A program made the translations under genes and the position numbers. This document shows, piece by piece, positions 44,300 to 55,300 of a stretch of 64,000 nucleotides of DNA. The stretch comes from Carpediemonas membranifera BICM (lineage: Eukaryota > Protista > Fornicata), in NCBI GenBank assembly GCA_019828565.1, contig JAHDYR010000002.1, positions 432,591-496,590 on the forward strand. Reading direction: 5' to 3'. Under the pieces are notes generated by a model. The model made no database searches. It saw nothing but the letters and a program-made list of their open reading frames with translations, and was not told the DNA's origin. Position 1 is the first letter of the stretch; each line of letters opens with the position of its first letter.

Positions 44300-45912
44300 A
44301 TGAGCAGCACTGATTCCACGCATGCCGCTGCTAGAGAGGTGCTTATCTCCGCATTCCGTCTTTCAGTCGCCATCACCGCCTCGATCCCCGGGGACGTCCC
44401 CACATTGCTCAAAGAGGCCTTCTCCAGGCACTTCGACGAGCAGATGCCCGCGATCCACGACGCAGAGACCACAAATACACCGACCAGCGCCGCATCGCTC
44501 GATTCCCTCACCGCCATGCTCTCCGAGATCCCCCCTCTCGCGCCAGCCGCGCAAGTCCTCCTCGACCGCGCCCGCTCGATCATCACCAACGGCCCCCCGC
44601 TGTCCATGAACGTCGAGCTCGCGGCGGGGCAGGAGCTCCCGGCCGCCCTGCACACGCTCAACCAGGGCGCGGTGTGGGCGTGTCTGCTGGGTGGCGGGGC
44701 CAACCCAGACCTCGAGGACAGGGTGCTGGAGGAGTATCCAGAGGAGTGGCCAGACGCCATCGAGATGCGTGACAAGATCCGCGACGCTCTCACCCCCGAG
44801 GGCAAGTGCCTCTGGTTCCTCTGCCGCAAGTTCTTTTTCACGCTGAACGTCGCCGAGAAGGACGGCGAATGCAATCAATACTATTGGCGAGAAAGATTCT
44901 ACCACCACCGCATGTACATGGGCCGACTCTTCATGCTCTGCATTGATGATTACGACACCTCCTTCACTAGGGCCAGAATGCCCAGGGCCCTCGAAGTCTG
45001 TATCGAATGGTCAACCTACATCGACAGGACGCCCAAGGGCCTGTGGGGCTGGGGGGAGAACAAACATGGTCAGCTGGGGTTCGAGTCATCATATCGCGAG
45101 TTCGTTGACCTGACCCGCCTCACCTTCCCCGCCTGCCCGAAGGTCGCGGAACTTGAGGCCAGCCAGCCCCCCTGGGAGAAGCACAGGATGGTGACTGCTT
45201 TGTCGATGGAGGAAGATCAGACGTTCATCCTCACCCCAGTCGGCACTGTCATGGCCGGCTTCAATGCTCAGAGATATGTCGGCCCAGTCGACCGGGCGAT
45301 CAGGAATCACTTCCACCCAGTCGCTGTGCCAACTGGCTTTGTCCCAGATCACATCATGCAGGGTAGCAGAGTTGCCATCCTCTCCATGGGCGATCGGCAG
45401 ATGATCGGCGGGAGCAATTGGGATGGCCGCCTGGGACTCGGGCACGAGAATTGGGTGACCGGCTTCGACTTGCCCTTCAGGGTCGACCGGATCATGCCAG
45501 ACATAGACTTCAACATATTCCTCAGCGGCCGCCAGCCGCTCTTCGCTGGGATGGTTCCCTTTGATATCCAGGATACCGCGAGGATGACAAGATCCCCATA
45601 GCCACCCCGCTCCGGTTCCCTGAGAGGGTCAAGGGGTTCTTCATATCACGCCAAGAGCTGATCTGGGTCACAGAAGGCAAGACCCATTATTGTAAGCATC
45701 ATGAAGAACCCATCATTCTCCCCTTCGAAGCGACAAGTTTCTGTAAGGGCTCCTTCTGCAACCCGGCCGGCCAGTGGTTCGAGGCGTCACATGGCTCGGG
45801 CGAAGTGGCTGAGATGAAGGAGTGCGATGCGCCCAGCCAAGAAGATTGGTGTCAGATCATCCCAGTCAACATTGACCTGTGGCCCATGCAGCAACAAGAT
45901 TCGAACCCATGA
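44300..45912 (+). pseudogene. RCC1-like propeller family, copy 4, frameshifted by a ~19-nt deletion at ~45568
   Basis: The AQSGLL codons present in other copies are missing (gatatc|caggatac). The family frame resumes (GYREDDKIPIATPLRFPERV...) and ends at TGA 45910-45912. Confidence 0.8.
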
Positions 45913-46187
45913 CGCATGAGAGTCGACTCTGCCCAGACAATTCATTTACCATTGCCCTGGAAATTTTGTCGCGGTCCTTTGGTGCCCGCCAGCTGACTTG
46001 CGGCCACATCTTTTGCATCGCCAATATCACTTGAATTAACGAGAGAGCTTTCATTTGTCGAATTTAGCCCAGCGTCAGCAGTGTCGAGTGATATACATAG
46101 CGCCATAAACCGTAAACTGCACTGTGTTGACGCCGAATAATCCGGAACGTTGCACCCAGAGGCATCACAGTCCATTTGCAGCCATAC

Positions 46188-46868
46188 ATGACCAAGAGCT
46201 CTTTATCTGACTTCAAGTACTATCTTTTTGACTTCGACGGCACCCTCTTTGACTCGTTTGACCTAATCGTCGCCACCAGCAACGCCTGTGCCTGCAAGTA
46301 CCGTCCAGACCTATTTACTGAGAACAATCTCCCCGATAGAGCCTTTGTGGAGACCCTTATCGGCCGTTCTCTCAGGGACATGCTTCAGCAGATTCTTCAG
46401 AAGGAAATCACCGACGAGTTCTACGAAGAGGCGTACAAGTTCTTCAGGACGTATCAGCAGAGCATGTTCCACAAGCATGCCAAGCTCTTCCCCAACGTAA
46501 TGGACACGATCCGGGGCTTGAAGACCAAGGGCCACAAGGTCGCCATCGTCACCAGCCGCACCCGCCCCACGCTGCTCCCCTACACTGAGCACTTCGGCAT
46601 CAGACAGATTGTCGACGCCATCGTCTCTCCCGAGGACGTCGAGGCCCACAAACCCGACCCAGCCCCAGTCCGCAAGGCCATGGGGCTGCTGGGCGCGGTG
46701 GACCCCGCTGAGGTCGTCATGATCGGCGACACCGAGTTCGACATTGAGGCCGGGCATAACGCTGGCGTGTCCTCGTGTCTGGTAGGGTGGTCTGCCACCC
46801 CCCTGGAGAGGCTGCCCCGCCCTCCTACTTTTATCGCCAAGACCATGAGCGACTTTATCGGCACTTAA
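46188..46868 (+). CDS. HAD-IA hydrolase, PpaX/phosphoglycolate-phosphatase-like
   Basis: Motifs LFDFDGTLFDS, AIVTSR, HKPDPAPV, MIGDTEFDIEAGHNAGV. Confidence 0.92.
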   Translation: MTKSSLSDFKYYLFDFDGTLFDSFDLIVATSNACACKYRPDLFTENNLPDRAFVETLIGRSLRDMLQQILQKEITDEFYEEAYKFFRTYQQSMFHKHAKLFPNVMDTIRGLKTKGHKVAIVTSRTRPTLLPYTEHFGIRQIVDAIVSPEDVEAHKPDPAPVRKAMGLLGAVDPAEVVMIGDTEFDIEAGHNAGVSSCLVGWSATPLERLPRPPTFIAKTMSDFIGT

Positions 46869-46895
46869 CACGTTGGAGAGGTGCGTTTTGTCAAC

Positions 46896-47716
46896 ATGGC
46901 GCCAGTGCAGGTTTGCCGCTGGCTGAGCGTGATGCCAACATCAATTGAAGTTGATGACCATAAAGACGTCGAGCAGAAGTATGTGAAGGAGGTTTACGAC
47001 GTTATTGCTGCTCATTTCGCCTCCACACGGACCAAAGGCCCTGTTAGTCCCGTGTTCCCCGTCTTATCCAGTGGGCTCCCGTCAAGGCCTATTTGAACAA
47101 GCTCCCCGATCATTCGGTAGTCCTAGACGTTGGATGCGGCAACGGCAAGTACTTCCTCGTGAACCCGCGTCTGTTCATGGCCGGCCTGGACCAATCCGCC
47201 GAGCTCGCCAAGATCGCCATCAAATCGGGCAACCCGCTCGGCCTCACCGTCGGCAATGCCACCGCCCTCCCCTTTTCGTCCGGCGCCTTTGACCATGTGC
47301 TCTCCATCGCGGTGCTTCACCACCTTTCCGACCCCGCTACCCGGGCGACCATGTTGGGCGAACTCATCCGTGTCACCCGCCCCGGGGGCACCGTGTTCGT
47401 CTCAGTGTGGTCTACTAACGCCCCGTCGGCCGGTAAGCGGAAGGGCCCTGGGCAGGAGCCCGGGCAGGACAGGCTTGTCCCATGGCACCTGCAAAAGAAG
47501 TTCGCGGACGACGATAAGGTGGCGAAAGCACAGACACCGCACGACAACACGGGCGACACGAGGAACTTGGAGGTGTTCTACCGCTACTACCACTTCTTCA
47601 GGGAGGGCGAGCTCGAGGAGGCCGTGAGGGATGCCGCCGAGACGTGCGGCCGAGAAGTCTCGGTGGAGGTCAGCTCAGACAAGGGGAACTGGTACGCCGA
47701 GATCACTGTGCACTGA
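46896..47716 (+). CDS. TRM9: tRNA wobble-uridine methyltransferase Trm9/ALKBH8-MTase family; intron 47043-47071; start 46896 or 46932
   Basis: Splicing the 29-nt intron gives EQKYVKEVYDVIAAHFASTRTKGP-WAPVKAYLNKLP..VLDVGCGNGKY. Also SIAVLHHL, QDRLVPW, YRYYHFFREGEL, DKGNWY. Confidence 0.92.
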
Positions 47717-47816
47717 GAGGCAGTGGGCAGGTGGAACACGGGTCAGGTAAGGCGGTCTCTCGATTTCCGGCTCTTCGTGGTTAAACTGCACGACGAGATT
47801 ACGACGGCCCAAACGA

Positions 47817-49151
47817 ATGGATGAACAGCGCACCGCTCTTTTGTCACCGACAAATGAGCCAGATATTACTGAAACACCCATGTTATCTGATGAGTACATC
47901 GACTCGCCGTCCCTGGACCCCAAACCAAAGCAGCCCTTCCTCCGCCGAGCATACAGCGTCTGTGTGTTCATCTCACTTGGATTAGCGATGATGACCGCGT
48001 TCAATGCGATGATCTCTCTCTCCGACTACTGGAACAGCGTGTACCCCGGTCGCCACATGGAGTGGAAGGCCACGCTCTTCTTCTTCTTCATCAACCCGCC
48101 CCTGTACCTCGCCATGATCTTCCTCATCCGTCTGCTGCCCCACATTGTGTGGCTTGCCGGGTCTGTGGCTGTCACGGTGCTTTCGTTCCTCCTGCTTCCA
48201 GCCATGCCGCTCGTCCTTCCCCTCGAGGTCGCAGAATACGCCTGCCTGCTCCTCATACTCACCGCAGGTGCGGCATACTCGGTACTAGGGTCGACCGTCA
48301 TGGCCGTGTCGTCCATCGCAGGCCCCGCGTCCGTCCAGATGGTCATGGTTGGCCAGGGGCTCGCCGGGGTGGTCGTCATCGGCGTCCGTATAGCCACAAA
48401 GCTCGTGCTCACTGCAGGAATAGTCGGCCATGACGACGGGGTGACCATCTCTGCCGTTCTCTTCTTCCTCATCTGCTCGGCCATCGTCAGCTCCTCTGTC
48501 CCGCTGTACGCCGCACTGCTGCTCATGGACCGCAAGGACAGGGTCCACAGCGAAGCATATGAGCCAATAACCGGCGAGGAGGCCGAGGAGCCAGCCCCTA
48601 CCAGCCCCGCCCGGGCCCTCTCGGTCTGGTGCCACAGAGTCGTCGCCATCTTCAGACAGCAGTTCCCGGCCAACCTCTCTGTGTGCGCGGTGTACCTGGC
48701 GACGTCCTCGTGCTTCCCCGGGATGGCCGTCGCCTTGCTGTCCGGGACCCCCGCACTCGACTCCACTGGCTGGTTCGCCATCATAGTGTTGCTCACATTC
48801 ATGGTCGGTGACCAGCTCGGCCGTCTGCTGCCCCGCATCCCGCTGTTCCGCCTTGGGCCATGGGCGGTGGCGTCACTCGCCCTGGCCCGACTCTTGACCA
48901 TTCCCACATTTACCGTGCTTTACATGTTACGTGAGGTCGTCATAATTGCCCCCCTGCCCCCTGTGCTAGTGTTCGTGTTCTCTCTGTCGAACGGGCTGCT
49001 CTCCACCAGGGCTTTCATGCAGTCGTCTGAGATGCTCCCCCCCGAGCTGACCGACTTGGGCGGAGTCGTCATGACGATGGCCCAGGTCTCAATCATATTC
49101 ACCGGAAACATGCTCGGGCTACTACTGGGCTACATCCCGCAGGTGAAGTGA
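47817..49151 (+). CDS. Equilibrative nucleoside transporter (ENT/SLC29)
   Basis: About 11 hydrophobic segments; FNAMISLSDYW, MVGQGLAG, FPG, FMVGDQLGR, FSLSNG. Confidence 0.9.
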   Translation: MDEQRTALLSPTNEPDITETPMLSDEYIDSPSLDPKPKQPFLRRAYSVCVFISLGLAMMTAFNAMISLSDYWNSVYPGRHMEWKATLFFFFINPPLYLAMIFLIRLLPHIVWLAGSVAVTVLSFLLLPAMPLVLPLEVAEYACLLLILTAGAAYSVLGSTVMAVSSIAGPASVQMVMVGQGLAGVVVIGVRIATKLVLTAGIVGHDDGVTISAVLFFLICSAIVSSSVPLYAALLLMDRKDRVHSEAYEPITGEEAEEPAPTSPARALSVWCHRVVAIFRQQFPANLSVCAVYLATSSCFPGMAVALLSGTPALDSTGWFAIIVLLTFMVGDQLGRLLPRIPLFRLGPWAVASLALARLLTIPTFTVLYMLREVVIIAPLPPVLVFVFSLSNGLLSTRAFMQSSEMLPPELTDLGGVVMTMAQVSIIFTGNMLGLLLGYIPQVK

Positions 49152-49382
49152 GTGATTGCTGTGTAATAGTGGTTTTGTCGTAAATTTTGATTTTTTGAAA
49201 TACGCAGTCGTGTGGGGGTTGTGGAGACGGGTTGGCCCAGGATGTCGGGGGCAATGACGAAAGGGCTTAGTGGCGGCTGAAAAATCGGGGCCAGGCCGTG
49301 ATGGAATCGCATCATGGCCCAGATCTTCCTGAGATTTTCCTCAGAAAATTCATCTTGAGTGAGAAGGCAAAGACGCACGTGT

Positions 49383-52300
49383 ATGGACACCACCGGTCGG
49401 ATGATGTCCCAGCACATCAATAGTCGTCTACCAAAGCCACATACGTTGCCTCCAGAAGTTTTAGCGTTCTCAACGGGTCCAAGCGCCGCAGAACGGCTTC
49501 GTGCGAGCCGCATTCAGCAGAAGGCCCACGAAGAGAAGCAACGAGCACAAGATATTCAGAAAGAGATTGCTGAGCGTGAATTGGCATTGAAAGAAACAGA
49601 GCGCGGCCTTCAACGGCAGAAGGATGAGCTCGAAAGAGCCCAACGCTCTTTCGACCTCGACAGGAAGGAACAGTATGACCTCCTGGCCCGCAAGGAGGCC
49701 CAGATTGACCATGAAATCGAGCAGCAGCGCAAGAAGCTGGCCGACGAGACCGCCGCGGCAACGCGCCAGGCCGAGCGCACACTGAAGGAGGCCAGCGACG
49801 AGGCTGCCCGCGTCCTTGCCGCCGCGCGCGAGGGAGGCCCAGAAGGCGGAGCGCGCCGCTGAGGCCGCCCGCGAGCGCGAGCGCGCACTCGCCCAGACGG
49901 AGCGCGAGGTGACCGAGAAGTCGACGCGCCTCGCCAACGCCGACAACGAGATCCGCGACCTGCAGCGCAAGCGCGACACGCTCGAGGCCGAGATCGCACG
50001 GCTTGAGCAGCGCGAGACGCACGGCTTCGAGCAGGAGCGCAAGGAGCTCGAGGCTGAGCTCGCCGACAGACGCCGCGCCGTCGAGCGCGAGCTGACCGAG
50101 CTGCGCGACGCCGCCAGCACCGAGCTCTCGCGCAAGACCCGCGTCTTCGAGGACGACGCCGCCGCCAAGGAGCGCGCCCTCCGCGCCCAGCAGGCCGACA
50201 TCGAGGACGCGCAGCGCCGCCTGACCCAGCAGGAGGAGAAGCTGCAGGACGTCATCCGCGAACGCATGGCCGGTGCCCGCGCTGACTTCGACAAGGAGGT
50301 CGCCGCCCGCGAGGCCGAGGACAAACGCCGCGCCGAGCAGCAGCAGACCGCGCTTTCAACCGAGCGCGCCCGCCTGCAGAAGCTCGAGGAGGAACTCAGC
50401 CAGAAGATCCGCGCGTTCCAGCAGGAGCGACAGGAGCTCAAGGCCGACGCCGCCGACTTCGAGCGCCGCGCCCGCGACGAGTCTGCCGAGATCGAGCGTG
50501 AGCGACTCAAGCTTGAGTCACGCCGTGTGGAGCTCGAAGAGGAGCTGCGCAAGGCCAGCTTCGAGCAGGAGCGCGCACTCGATGCCGCGCGCCGCGAGCA
50601 CCAGAACGAACTTGACGCCAGCCGCAAGGGAGATCGAGGCGATGCGCGAGAAGGTGCTCGCCAGCATGGATCGCGCCCAGGCCGACGCCGCAGAGATGAA
50701 GTCTAAGCTTGCCGACGTTGATGCCGACCGGCAGAATATTGCGATCAGCAAGGCGCGCTACGAGCAGTCGAAGGAGGATATGGCCGGCTGGGAGCGCCGC
50801 CGCGCGGAGAGCGAGCAGCAGCTGGAGCGCGTCAAGTCCGAGCTTCAGAACGACCACAAGGCCCTCGCCGAGGAGCGTGCCGCGATCGACGCCCGCAATC
50901 GCGAGCTGACCAACGTCGACAACAAGCTCAAGCTCGAGGCCGACGCGCTTGAGCGCCAGAAGCGCCAGCTCGCCGACACCACCCGCGAGGAGCGCGCCCA
51001 GGTCGCTGCCGAGAAGGCCCGCGCCGAGCAGGACCTCGAGCAGCAGCGCAAGAAGCTGGCCGACGAGACCGCCGCGGCAACGCGCCAGGCCGAGCGCACA
51101 CTGAAGGAGGCCAGCGACGAGGCTGCCCGCGTCCTTGCCGCCGCGCGCGAGGAGGCCCAGAAGGCGGAGCGCGCCGCTGAGGCCGCCCGCGAGCGCGAGC
51201 GCGCACTCGCCCAGACGGAGCGCGAGGTGACCGAGAAGTCGACGCGCCTCGCCAACGCCGACAACGAGATCCGCGACCTGCAGCGCAAGCGCGACACGCT
51301 CGAGGCCGAGATCGCACGGCTTGAGCAGCGCGAGACGCACGGCTTCGAGCAGGAGCGCAAGGAGCTCGAGGCTGAGCTCGCCGACAGACGCCGCGCCGTC
51401 GAGCGCGAGCTGACCGAGCTGCGCGACGCCGCCAGCACCGAGCTCTCGCGCAAGACCCGCGTCTTCGAGGACGACGCCGCCGCCAAGGAGCGCGCCCTCC
51501 GCGCCCAGCAGGCCGACATCGAGGACGCGCAGCGCCGCCTGACCCAGCAGGAGGAGAAGCTGCAGGACGTCATCCGCGAACGCATGGCCGGTGCCCGCGC
51601 TGACTTCGACAAGGAGGTCGCCGCCCGCGAGGCCGAGGACAAACGCCGCGCCGAGCAGCAGCAGACCGCGCTTTCAACCGAGCGCGCCCGCCTGCAGAAG
51701 CTCGAGGAGGAACTCAGCCAGAAGATCCGCGCGTTCCAGCAGGAGCGACAGGAGCTCAAGGCCGACGCCGCCGACTTCGAGCGCCGCGCCCGCGACGAGT
51801 CTGCCGAGATCGAGCGTGAGCGACTCAAGCTTGAGTCACGCCGTGTGGAGCTCGAAGAGGAGCTGCGCAAGGCCAGCTTCGAGCAGGAGCGCGCACTCGA
51901 TGCCGCGCGCCGCGAGCACCAGAACGAACTTGACGCCAGCCGCAAGGAGATCGAGGCGATGCGCGAGAAGGTGCTCGCCAGCATGGATCGCGCCCAGGCC
52001 GACGCCGCAGAGATGAAGTCTAAGCTTGCCGACGTTGATGCCGACCGGCAGAATATTGCGATCAGCAAGGCGCGCTACGAGCAGTCGAAGGAGGATATGG
52101 CCGGCTGGGAGCGCCGCCGCGCGGAGAGCGAGCAGCAGCTGGAGCGCGTCAAGTCCGAGCTTCAGAACGACCACAAGGCCCTCGCCGAGGAGCGTGCCGC
52201 GATCGACGCCCGCAATCGCGAGCTGACCAACGTCGACAACAAGCTCAAGCTCGAGGCCGACGCGCTTGAGCGCCAGAAGCGCCAGCTCGCCGACACCACC

Positions 52301-55300
52301 CGCGAGGAGCGCGCCCAGGTCGCTGCCGAGAAGGCCCGCGCCGAGCAGGACCTCGAGCAGCAGCGCAAGAAGCTGGCCGACGAGACCGCCGCGGCAACGC
52401 GCCAGGCCGAGCGCACACTGAAGGAGGCCAGCGACGAGGCTGCCCGCGTCCTTGCCGCCGCGCGCGAGGAGGCCCAGAAGGCGGAGCGCGCCGCTGAGGC
52501 CGCCCGCGAGCGCGAGCGCGCACTCGCCCAGACGGAGCGCGAGGTGACCGAGAAGTCGACGCGCCTCGCCAACGCCGACAACGAGATCCGCGACCTGCAG
52601 CGCAAGCGCGACACGCTCGAGGCCGAGATCGCACGGCTTGAGCAGCGCGAGACGCACGGCTTCGAGCAGGAGCGCAAGGAGCTCGAGGCTGAGCTCGCCG
52701 ACAGACGCCGCGCCGTCGAGCGCGAGCTGACCGAGCTGCGCGACGCCGCCAGCACCGAGCTCTCGCGCAAGACCCGCGTCTTCGAGGACGACGCCGCCGC
52801 CAAGGAGCGCGCCCTCCGCGCCCAGCAGGCCGACATCGAGGACGCGCAGCGCCGCCTGACCCAGCAGGAGGAGAAGCTGCAGGACGTCATCCGCGAACGC
52901 ATGGCCGGTGCCCGCGCTGACTTCGACAAGGAGGTCGCCGCCCGCGAGGCCGAGGACAAACGCCGCGCCGAGCAGCAGCAGACCGCGCTTTCAACCGAGC
53001 GCGCCCGCCTGCAGAAGCTCGAGGAGGAACTCAGCCAGAAGATCCGCGCGTTCCAGCAGGAGCGACAGGAGCTCAAGGCCGACGCCGCCGACTTCGAGCG
53101 CCGCGCCCGCGACGAGTCTGCCGAGATCGAGCGTGAGCGACTCAAGCTTGAGTCACGCCGTGTGGAGCTCGAAGAGGAGCTGCGCAAGGCCAGCTTCGAG
53201 CAGGAGCGCGCACTCGATGCCGCGCGCCGCGAGCACCAGAACGAACTTGACGCCAGCCGCAAGGAGATCGAGGCGATGCGCGAGAAGGTGCTCGCCAGCA
53301 TGGATCGCGCCCAGGCCGACGCCGCAGAGATGAAGTCTAAGCTTGCCGACGTTGATGCCGACCGGCAGAATATTGCGATCAGCAAGGCGCGCTACGAGCA
53401 GTCGAAGGAGGATATGGCCGGCTGGGAGCGCCGCCGCGCGGAGAGCGAGCAGCAGCTGGAGCGCGTCAAGGCCGAGCTTCAGAACGACCACAAGGCCCTC
53501 GCCGAGGAGCGTGCCGCGATTGACGCCCGCAATCGCGAGCTGACCAACGTCGACAACAAGCTCAAGCTCGAGGCCGACGCGCTTGAGCGCCAGAAGCGCC
53601 AGCTCGCCGACACCACCCGCGAGGAGCGCGCCCAGGTCGCTGCCGAGAAGGCCCGCGCCGAGCAGGACCTCGAGCAGCAGCGCAAGAAGCTGGCCGACGA
53701 GACCGCCGCGGCAACGCGCCAGGCCGAGCGCACACTGAAGGAGGCCAGCGACGAGGCTGCCCGCGTCCTTGCCGCCGCGCGCGAGGAGGCCCAGAAGGCG
53801 GAGCGCGCCGCTGAGGCCGCCCGCGAGCGCGAGCGCGCACTCGCCCAGACGGAGCGCGAGGTGACCGAGAAGTCGACGCGCCTCGCCAACGCCGACAACG
53901 AGATCCGCGACCTGCAGCGCAAGCGCGACACGCTCGAGGCCGAGATCGCACGGCTTGAGCAGCGCGAGACGCACGGCTTCGAGCAGGAGCGCAAGGAGCT
54001 CGAGGCTGAGCTCGCCGACAGACGCCGCGCCGTCGAGCGCGAGCTGACCGAGCTGCGCGACGCCGCCAGCACCGAGCTCTCGCGCAAGACCCGCGTCTTC
54101 GAGGACGACGCCGCCGCCAAGGAGCGCGCCCTCCGCGCCCAGCAGGCCGACATCGAGGACGCGCAGCGCCGAGTGGCCCAAGATCATGCCAACGCCCAGG
54201 CCAAGCTTGAAGAAGTGCAGGCTAAGGTCATAGAAAGGACTCACGAACTCCAGGCGGCTGAGAGCAAGGCTAGACTTCAGCTTGAAGAGATGGAACTCAA
54301 GAAGAAGCATCTGGCCGAGGAGATCGAGACTAAGCGCGCCATTGCTGCTCAGGAAGCCGACGCCAAGCTTGCCCGGGTGAACGCAGAACTCGAGTCCGCC
54401 AAGGACATCAAGCTGGCCGCCGAGCGCCGACTGAATGAAATCGATGACCGCGAGACCATGCTTCGGACCAAGGAGAGCGGATTCGAGACCATGCGCCTGC
54501 GTACGGAGGAATTGAGTCGCACCCGGACGGAGATGCAGGGCGAGGCTGTATGGGCAGAGATCAACGACGAGAAGGAGCGTATTAACCGAGCTGCGGCGGA
54601 TATGACGCGGCGGGAACAGGAAATGCATGCCGTGTCACTTCGTCACCAGGCCGAGAAGGATGAGATCGCTAGAATGCACAGGCAGCTGGAAGAAGACAAG
54701 CGCGAGCAGCTCGCAGCAATCGAGCGCAGTCGCAGAGAGTTGCAGGACGCATATGAAGCACAGCAGCGTGACTTTGCCGAGCGGCACGACGACATCGTTC
54801 GGCAGACAGAGCGCATGACTGCAGATGCCAGAGAAGAGGCCCACCGCCAGCTGGAGCACGCAAGAAAGGAGGTCGAGAAGGCTGAGCGCAAGGGAGCAGA
54901 GCTTAGAGCGCAGGAGAAGGCCATCCAGGAGAAGGAATGGGAGCTTTCTACAAAGACAGAGAAGGTTGAGCGCACAATCAATGACCTCGAGGCTCTCAAG
55001 GCCAAGCGCGATGAGATGCTTTCCGAGATTAAGCAGCTTGAGGATCACCAGCGTCGCGGGTTTGCCCGCAACCAGGAGGAGGTCGAGAAGCAGCTCGCGG
55101 ACAAGAGACACGAGGTCGACCGCGAGCTTGACGAGCTCCGCCGTACTGCTGCGGCCGATCTCTCTCGCAAGTCTACGGCGGCTGATGAGGAGGTTGAGAA
55201 GAAGATGCGCTCTCTCCGCTCACAACAGGCCGACCTCGAAGAAGCCCGCGCCAAGGTGCAGCAGCAGGAGCGGCAGGTCGCTGCCACCCTTACTGAGGAG

